52,448 bases of DNA from Pseudomonadota bacterium (GTDB lineage Bacteria; Bdellovibrionota_F; JAHFAK01; JBDREC01): NCBI GenBank assembly GCA_043820105.1, contig JBDREC010000108.1, positions 1 through 52,448 on the forward strand. Direction: 5' to 3'. Of the stretch, positions 46,439 to 52,448 are shown one piece after another (positions within the stretch are counted from its first letter, which is position 1; each line of letters begins with the position of its first letter). The notes beneath the pieces are model-generated. The model saw only the letters and a list, made by a program, of their open reading frames with translations, was not told the origin of the DNA and ran no database searches. Made by a program: the position numbers and the translations under genes.

Positions 46439-47584
46439 TTAATAATTCATAATTTCATTCAGATTATAGAATTTATTGCTAACAGTTTCAGAATTTCCAG
46501 ACATTTCCAAGGGACCACCTGTTTCAAAAATTTCTTCAAAATTATCTAAAGTACCAACATATTCATAAGAATCAAAGACATATGGAAGCCCTTCACTAAT
46601 AAGAAATGAGCTTGAGTCAGATATTTGAAAATGAAGATGTGGCGCTGTAGAGTTTCCGCTATTGCCTAAATAAGCAAGTACATCTCCTGTTGACACTGTA
46701 TCTCCAATGGAGACTTGTATTGTTTCTGGAATGATATGTGCATAAAAAGCAAAGCGATCATTTCCTAAATCGAGTATAATAAAGTTGCCAGCCACATTTT
46801 CAACTGTCAGTGGATAAGGCATATCTTGATTAGGTAATTGTTCTGGAAAATCGTCTTTGATATTAATAACAGTTCCATCAGCGACTGCTAAAAGGGGAGC
46901 GCCATAGGAGTAATAGTCCTCATTCGCAGTTCCATCATTTTGGTATATATAACCATCTTCATCAAACTGCAATAGGTCAACTCCAAAACGCTGAGAAATA
47001 TATGGAACATCTTGAAAATCAATGATCGCTCGACGATGGTGGAGATCAAAATTCGATGGGCCGTTAGCTGCCCACCATCGATCTCCCGTAACTGGTGGAG
47101 AGATAAGTGCGGTTTCTGTAGTATCAACAGTTGTTTGAGCACCTTCCTTGGTAATTGTAGCACCTTCATTATCGAAATATACTTTATGATAAAGTGTCAA
47201 AGGGACATCTGCGCTTGTCTCAAAGGTAGGCCAGACAAAAATCACTGCTCCCTGTGATGGCTTTTCTTTATTATATGCTTGAAGAGAATTGCTTAACTCG
47301 TCGCCTTCATACGTTTTTAGAATTGTTCCTGTGCTGTCATTATCTATTATTTCAACTTTTGATATGCTGTAGCCCAATTGTTCATAATCGCCCAAATGCA
47401 GCTCATAGCCTAATGCTATTTCGCTTTTAAAAGCAACAGGCATAGGTGCTTTTGTCACCCACAAATCAATGTTTTGTAACTGATTTTCAGCAGTCGTTTC
47501 TTCGTCTATACATGCATTTAAGTTAATTATAAATATAAAACCACAAATTATAAAAAATAATTTTAAAGGCATGGCAAGTTTCAT
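46439..47584 (-). CDS. M23 family metallopeptidase, lipoprotein
   Basis: Lipobox LNAC; QRFGVD, YGAPLLAVADGTV, AGNFIIL, YAHI, LGNSGNSTAPHLHFQ. Confidence 0.92.
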   Translation of the reverse strand: MKLAMPLKLFFIICGFIFIINLNACIDEETTAENQLQNIDLWVTKAPMPVAFKSEIALGYELHLGDYEQLGYSISKVEIIDNDSTGTILKTYEGDELSNSLQAYNKEKPSQGAVIFVWPTFETSADVPLTLYHKVYFDNEGATITKEGAQTTVDTTETALISPPVTGDRWWAANGPSNFDLHHRRAIIDFQDVPYISQRFGVDLLQFDEDGYIYQNDGTANEDYYSYGAPLLAVADGTVINIKDDFPEQLPNQDMPYPLTVENVAGNFIILDLGNDRFAFYAHIIPETIQVSIGDTVSTGDVLAYLGNSGNSTAPHLHFQISDSSSFLISEGLPYVFDSYEYVGTLDNFEEIFETGGPLEMSGNSETVSNKFYNLNEIMNY

Positions 47585-47701
47585 TTTTTATTCCTTTTGT
47601 TAAGAATTGTTTTTTCATATAAATCTTTCACGATTTTTATCACTATTACTTTATCAAGTAAATATAATATTTTTCAAAGTTGATTTTGTTAAAAATTAAA
47701 C

Positions 47702-47711
47702 GTACGGAGGT
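47702..47711 (+). repeat. Solitary REP-like arm
   Basis: GTACGGAGGT followed by CTAAA; I found no partner arm downstream. Confidence 0.7.
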
Positions 47712-47947
47712 CTAAAAGGGTTTATCTTTACCGCTTATTTAATTTCCAACTGTAACTTTTTATGAAAGATTTATATTCAATAAAAACATAGAGAAATAAA
47801 ACACAGACTATTATTAATATCGCTGGAACAGCTCTTTTAAAAGAACGAGCAAGACGAACTTACATTTGAAATAATGAAGTTGATAATTTTACTTTGTTAA
47901 TATAAAAATATCTTTTGTAGAATCCATAAATAAAAACGAGGTGAAAA

Positions 47948-48472
47948 ATGGAAAATCAAAAGGCCTTAATCATTATCGATGTTTTAGAAGGTATTGTGAA
48001 ATTACCTGTTCCAATTTATGAGGAAAAGAAGTTTTTTGAAAATTTGCAAATTATTTTGAAAAAAGCCAAAGATAAAGAAATTCCAGTTATTTATAACCAA
48101 CATTTTACTCCAAAAGGTAGCTTTTTTGAAAAAGGATCAGAAAATCAAAGGATACATAAGTTAATTGAACCTCAAAAGGGGGATATCGTCATTGAAAAAC
48201 ATAACCCAGACTCATTTCATGGAACAAATTTAGATCAAATCCTAAAAGAAAAAAATATCAATACACTTTATATTTGCGGATTCGCAGCAGAAGGTTGCAT
48301 TGATTCAACTGTTAGAAGTGCATTCAGTAAAGATTATAAAGTCATTCTTATATCTGATTGTCATACAACTACAGATACTGAAATCTTGAAAGCAGAACAA
48401 ATAATGGATCACCATAATCATATTTTGCAAAGATTTGCGATCTTGAAAAAAACGGAAGAGGTGCAATTCTAA
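47948..48472 (+). CDS. Isochorismatase family cysteine hydrolase
   Basis: ALIIIDV, IEKHNPDSFHGTNL, ICGFAAEGCIDSTVRSA, LISDCHTT; GAGGTG RBS. Confidence 0.95.
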   Translation: MENQKALIIIDVLEGIVKLPVPIYEEKKFFENLQIILKKAKDKEIPVIYNQHFTPKGSFFEKGSENQRIHKLIEPQKGDIVIEKHNPDSFHGTNLDQILKEKNINTLYICGFAAEGCIDSTVRSAFSKDYKVILISDCHTTTDTEILKAEQIMDHHNHILQRFAILKKTEEVQF

Positions 48473-48834
48473 TGACTTTAATAATTGCCTTATATATCTT
48501 AAACTCTACCTTATTATTGCTACATGAAATAGAATCAGCCTACGAAAAAGAATGGGAAATATTAAAACTTCCAGGAAAGATAACAGGTTTTTTAATCCTG
48601 CATTTACCTATAATATTTTTGCTTTTTTATGGACTTTTGGAGTTAAATAAATTTTCAAAAATAGGAATTGCAATTGGCTTGCTTAGCGGTATTGGGGGCG
48701 TGTTACCATTTTTTGTGCATAAGGTATTTGTAAAGAAAAAAGACAAGTTTATTTTGCCACTATCAAGGATTATTATTTATTCAAATTTAATAACAGGGAT
48801 TGTTTTAGCAGGTTTAATTTTTAGAAAATACTAG
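48472..48834 (+). CDS. Four-TM membrane protein (DUF6713-like)
   Basis: NSTLLLLHEIESAYEKEWEIL...GFLILHLP; TAATG translational coupling. Confidence 0.75.
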   Translation: MTLIIALYILNSTLLLLHEIESAYEKEWEILKLPGKITGFLILHLPIIFLLFYGLLELNKFSKIGIAIGLLSGIGGVLPFFVHKVFVKKKDKFILPLSRIIIYSNLITGIVLAGLIFRKY

Positions 48835-48917
48835 AAATTCAATAGGGGCTTTATTCTCAACAAAAATCTTCAGTCGTACTTGTAATTATTGTTTTAAATA
48901 AGGATGTGATTTTTATA

Positions 48918-49379
48918 ATGAAAATTTATATAGATGCTGATGCTTGTCCAAATGCTGCAAAAGAGGTTCTTTTTAAAACATCAAAGCGTTTGAATATCGA
49001 GCTTATTCTCGTTTCTAATAGAAGTGTCAGGGCGCCTGAAGGCGACCATGTCAAATGCATTATTGTGGAAAAAGCAGCAGACGCAGCAGATGATAAAATT
49101 GTAGAACTTCTCGAAGCTGGAGATTTGGTAATTACTTCTGATATTCTTTTAGCTGCACGTATTGTTAAAAAATCAGCTTTTGCATTAAACTCACATGGCC
49201 AACTTTTTGACGATGATAATATTGGTTCACGCCTAGCGGTTCGAAATCTTCTGGAAGATTTGAGAAACAGTGGGATACAAACTTCATGGTCCGCGCCCTA
49301 TAACGCTAAAAATAAGGCTGATTTTGCAAATGCGCTCAATCGATTTATCACTAAGAGAAATATTGGAAGTAAAAAATAA
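48918..49379 (+). CDS. yaiI: YaiI/YqxD family protein (UPF0178)
   Basis: MKIYIDADACP, DAADDKIV, GDLVITSDILLA, FANALNR. Confidence 0.92.
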   Translation: MKIYIDADACPNAAKEVLFKTSKRLNIELILVSNRSVRAPEGDHVKCIIVEKAADAADDKIVELLEAGDLVITSDILLAARIVKKSAFALNSHGQLFDDDNIGSRLAVRNLLEDLRNSGIQTSWSAPYNAKNKADFANALNRFITKRNIGSKK

Positions 49380-49411
49380 AAACTAGCAAGACGGACTTGC
49401 AATCATCTTCT

Positions 49412-49516
49412 TTAATCTCTGTTGGCTTTTTTCTCTTTTTTCTCTTTACGTTTTTCTTTTAAGGTTTTTGTTGAACTTTTCTTTTCATTCTTTTGAGTAT
49501 TTTTACCTTTTGCCAT
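49412..49516 (-). CDS. Small lysine-rich protein (34 aa)
   Basis: My translation, below the track cutoff: MAKGKNTQKNEKKSSTKTLKEKRKEKKEKKANRD*; AGAAGG RBS. Confidence 0.7.
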   Translation of the reverse strand: MAKGKNTQKNEKKSSTKTLKEKRKEKKEKKANRD

Positions 49517-49775
49517 AAATTTTGCCTTCTATATGGTTATTAATAAATGTTTTTTAAGATTACATAATATTAACTAAATCCATCTATTTGTCGAGATTAT
49601 TTATTAAGAATTGCTATTTATTATTTCCATGTCAAAACATATTTATTTCAATTATTTTTCAGGATCACAGCTCATTTGCTTATTAATGAGTTTTTTAGGA
49701 ATTATTATTTTTTTATATCTATTTGTAATAAAAAGATCTTCTTTAGCTTGAATTTGTTTTAATAGAACTTTTCTT

Positions 49776-51815
49776 TTATAAAACTATAACAGTAAAACTT
49801 ACAGTATAATTATCTTCAAGAAAGTTACCAGAAGCATCCCTTACAGTTGCTGAAACATAAATATTATATGTTATGGAACTAGTAAGGGGATTATCCGGGG
49901 TAAAAGTAAATGTTTTATTATTATTATAAACTGTTGGATCAGACATAATTCGTAGACAGATTGGAGGATCTCCCTCAAACGGTTGTACAATACCTAATCC
50001 AATGCTACCAGTTTCGCAGGAATCGTCATCAGTGTTTACAGTTAAGGTTGAAACATCCATTGGCTCGGAAAAAGTAATACTTATAGTGGGGTTTAATTCA
50101 TCAACTAAAGCTCCATTCGCTGGAACAACAGAGACAACTTCTGGTGCTGTCTCATCTGGAGTGGTTAAGAAAAAAGAAATATCACGACCAAAGTTGTTTC
50201 CTGAAGTATCAGTTACTGATTCAGAGATATCGATAAAGTAAGGGGTGTCATTTAAAAGACTTGAACTTGGACTAACAGTAAATGTTTTATTTCCATTAGA
50301 TGCAGAAGGAGCAGAAGACATTTTAATACAGGAGTTAGGACTAGAATCGGTTGAAACTTGTAAAGATCCACTACAGCTGGTATCACTAGTGTTAACAGTA
50401 ATCGTAGAAGTGTCCATTTGTTCTGAAAAAGTTACAGAAATAGAAGTGCTTATAGAGGCTGATTCTTGACCATAATAGGGGTTTGTGCTGTAAGCTGTTG
50501 GATTAGTTATATCCGGGTAAACAGTAGTCGTAAAATTACTATAAGAAGAGTTATAGACTTCCGCTAATGAGTTTAGGGAAATATCTTGAGCATCTGTTGT
50601 AATTTTAATACTGTATTGGGTGCCATTATCTAAGTTTTCTGACGGAGTAACAGTAAAAACAGTTTGATCAGAATTATATTCTGGTTCTGAAGCCATTTGC
50701 ACACAGGTGGTAAAATTATCAGAGGATAGTTGAATTGTCCCGGTACACTGAGTATCCGTATTGTTAGTGCTTATTGAAGCAATGCTCATGGCTTCTGAAA
50801 ATGTAATTTGTACTGAAGTGCTTATAGTAACCTCGGTTGATGATACAGAGGAAGGATAGATAGAGGATACAGTTGGAGCTGTCAAATCTTCAGATTCCTC
50901 TGTTGTAAAACCAGATTGACTGATATATTCTTCTACCAAAGCATTGCCATCGGAGTCTGTTACTTCTGTAGTAACTTTCACTTTATATGAAGTATTATAT
51001 GTAAGATTTGTTGCTGGTTGTAGGTAAAAAGTAGTATCAGAGCTTAAAGGGGCAATTAATTTCTTGTAAAGAGAACTTTCTTCTGTTGAATTATCAAGCA
51101 TTTTCACACAGGTTGTAAAATCATCTGAAGATACTTGGACCGATCCCGAACAGGTCATGTCATCGGAATTTGCAGTTATAGTAGAGGCTAACATTTCTTC
51201 TGTAAAAGTAATAGCAATAGGAGAAGAGACCTCAACAGAATTTTCATCTTCTGCTGGATCGACAATATATACAACAGGATTTTCGCTCGCAGTAGTAAAT
51301 GTTAGACTGTAAGCATCATTTAAATGATTGTTTTTACTTCCTTTTGATGGGCACGGAGTATGAAAATCACTTGTAACACTTACTCTATATTCAGTTGATG
51401 GTTGTAAGGGTAGTGTTGGTTTGAAAGTTAAATATGTTGGATGAAAGGTAGCATTGTTTTGATTTGAATAGCTGATTGTGTTTGGAGTTTTTTCTTCTCC
51501 AAATTCAAGTGACACTAGCTCAATTTCAAGGCATCCTGTGTAGTCATTTTCAGCATTCGCTGCTTGTAATCTAATATTATCATCACAATAAGGATCTACT
51601 GGTGAGTAAAACCAGTCAGAAATAGGAGAATATCTGGTGGTCAAGGGTTTTGTAAATACTACTGTTATTTCAGGTTGGAGAGGAACATTTTCAGTACCAC
51701 TTTCAGGGAATGATGAACTAATATAAAAATTTTCATCAGTTGAAGAACAGGAATCCTGGCCACTAATTAAAACAATCATAATTAAAAGAAAAATTAATTT
51801 AACAAATGTTTTCAT
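49776..51815 (-). CDS. Surface lipoprotein with five Ig-like (Big_5/SbsA-like) domains
   Basis: GAGGG RBS; signal ending ISGQDSC; repeats PxVxxxxP...IxITFSExM...C-x-G-x-x-Q...C-x-x-M...YxIxIT...DxSGN. Confidence 0.88.
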   Translation of the reverse strand: MKTFVKLIFLLIMIVLISGQDSCSSTDENFYISSSFPESGTENVPLQPEITVVFTKPLTTRYSPISDWFYSPVDPYCDDNIRLQAANAENDYTGCLEIELVSLEFGEEKTPNTISYSNQNNATFHPTYLTFKPTLPLQPSTEYRVSVTSDFHTPCPSKGSKNNHLNDAYSLTFTTASENPVVYIVDPAEDENSVEVSSPIAITFTEEMLASTITANSDDMTCSGSVQVSSDDFTTCVKMLDNSTEESSLYKKLIAPLSSDTTFYLQPATNLTYNTSYKVKVTTEVTDSDGNALVEEYISQSGFTTEESEDLTAPTVSSIYPSSVSSTEVTISTSVQITFSEAMSIASISTNNTDTQCTGTIQLSSDNFTTCVQMASEPEYNSDQTVFTVTPSENLDNGTQYSIKITTDAQDISLNSLAEVYNSSYSNFTTTVYPDITNPTAYSTNPYYGQESASISTSISVTFSEQMDTSTITVNTSDTSCSGSLQVSTDSSPNSCIKMSSAPSASNGNKTFTVSPSSSLLNDTPYFIDISESVTDTSGNNFGRDISFFLTTPDETAPEVVSVVPANGALVDELNPTISITFSEPMDVSTLTVNTDDDSCETGSIGLGIVQPFEGDPPICLRIMSDPTVYNNNKTFTFTPDNPLTSSITYNIYVSATVRDASGNFLEDNYTVSFTVIVL

Positions 51816-52085
51816 ATTCCCTCGGTAATGTTATTATAAAAAATTATATTAATATAATAGTATGATTATAAACTACATTGTCAAAAAAAATATACTAAGT
51901 TATGCAGAATTAGGGGAACAAAAGATACTCTATTTAGCTATCTGAAAATGGTGTTTTAAGATGAATTTTTGGTGTAGTGAGTTTAATATTTCAAACTTGA
52001 TAAAATTACTTTCTTATTTAAATATCTTAGTTCTCTTAGTGCTATGCTGGTAATTTATAAATAATTTTATGCTTGGATTATATTT

Positions 52086-52448
52086 ATGACTATTAAAAAA
52101 GTGCTAATGATTGGTGATTTACAATTGCGCCAAAAAAGTTGTGAAGTTAAAGATTATGATTACAGTTTAAAAACGCTTATTATTAATTTAAGGGAGACTT
52201 TAGAAAACTTACAAGAAACAAAAAAGATTGGGCGGGCTTTAGCTGCCCCTCAAATTGGTATTCATAAACAAGTCATTTTTGCAAAATTGCCAAATAGGTC
52301 GATTGTTATGATAAATCCAAAGGTTGTTTGGAAGAGCGAAGAACTGATTGAAGTTTGGGATTCTTGCTTTAGTTTTGATGTTGCATTTTTTATTAAAATA
52401 AAGAGACATAAAAAGATTAAAGTTGAATATTTTGATGAAATGGGAAAT
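52086..52448 (+). CDS. def: Peptide deformylase, runs off the window end
   Basis: My translation: MTIKKVLMIGDLQLRQKSCEV...GRALAAPQIG...MINPKVVWKS...WDSCFS...RHKKIKVEYFD. Confidence 0.88.
   Translation, partial: MTIKKVLMIGDLQLRQKSCEVKDYDYSLKTLIINLRETLENLQETKKIGRALAAPQIGIHKQVIFAKLPNRSIVMINPKVVWKSEELIEVWDSCFSFDVAFFIKIKRHKKIKVEYFDEMGN

Noticed and set aside
41502-47711. TGTACGGAGG repeats as a CRISPR array or classical integron attC sites
   Set aside because: Spacing is irregular (24 bp to 2.8 kb), orientations alternate, there are no cas genes or tyrosine integrase, and no RYYYAAC/GTTRRRY ends.
47762-47890. Possible gene remnant after the solitary arm
   Set aside because: Frames are short and interrupted, and I could not recognise a family.

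Overview
AT-rich bacterial genomic DNA with no rRNA, tRNA or CRISPR array that I can see. Myxobacterial-type pilins, sigma-54 promoters, a TPR-GAF-AAA+ enhancer-binding protein and a CFI-box-CTERM protein suggest a low-GC deltaproteobacterial-grade organism (Myxococcota/Bdellovibrionota/Desulfobacterota-like); this assignment is inference. The window holds about 45 CDS: two C1A cysteine proteases, a GH38 mannosidase, a GT21-like glycosyltransferase with a START protein, ygeW, acidic lipoproteins, a MarR / NapC-NirT / octaheme HAO-family locus, a GNAT-cNMP fusion with a methyltransferase, two type IV pilins, asnA, TetR-TolC-RND, a DTW protein and a partial def. Most notable: (1) at 41.5-47.7 kb a RAYT-type HUH/Y1 transposase gene sits between inverted TGTACGGAGG motifs, and the same motif then recurs at the borders of unrelated accessory gene blocks, like an integron-style cassette array; (2) two dispersed orphan peptides with a YxKPxL leader and CxxG repeats look like RiPP precursors; (3) three unrelated ORFs end in C-x-x-[IL]-F; (4) a consensus sigma-54 promoter leads only to a ~70-nt terminated non-coding stretch; (5) two 5'-truncated genes meet head-to-head at ~700, a probable assembly or rearrangement junction. 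All family calls come from motif recognition, not database searches.
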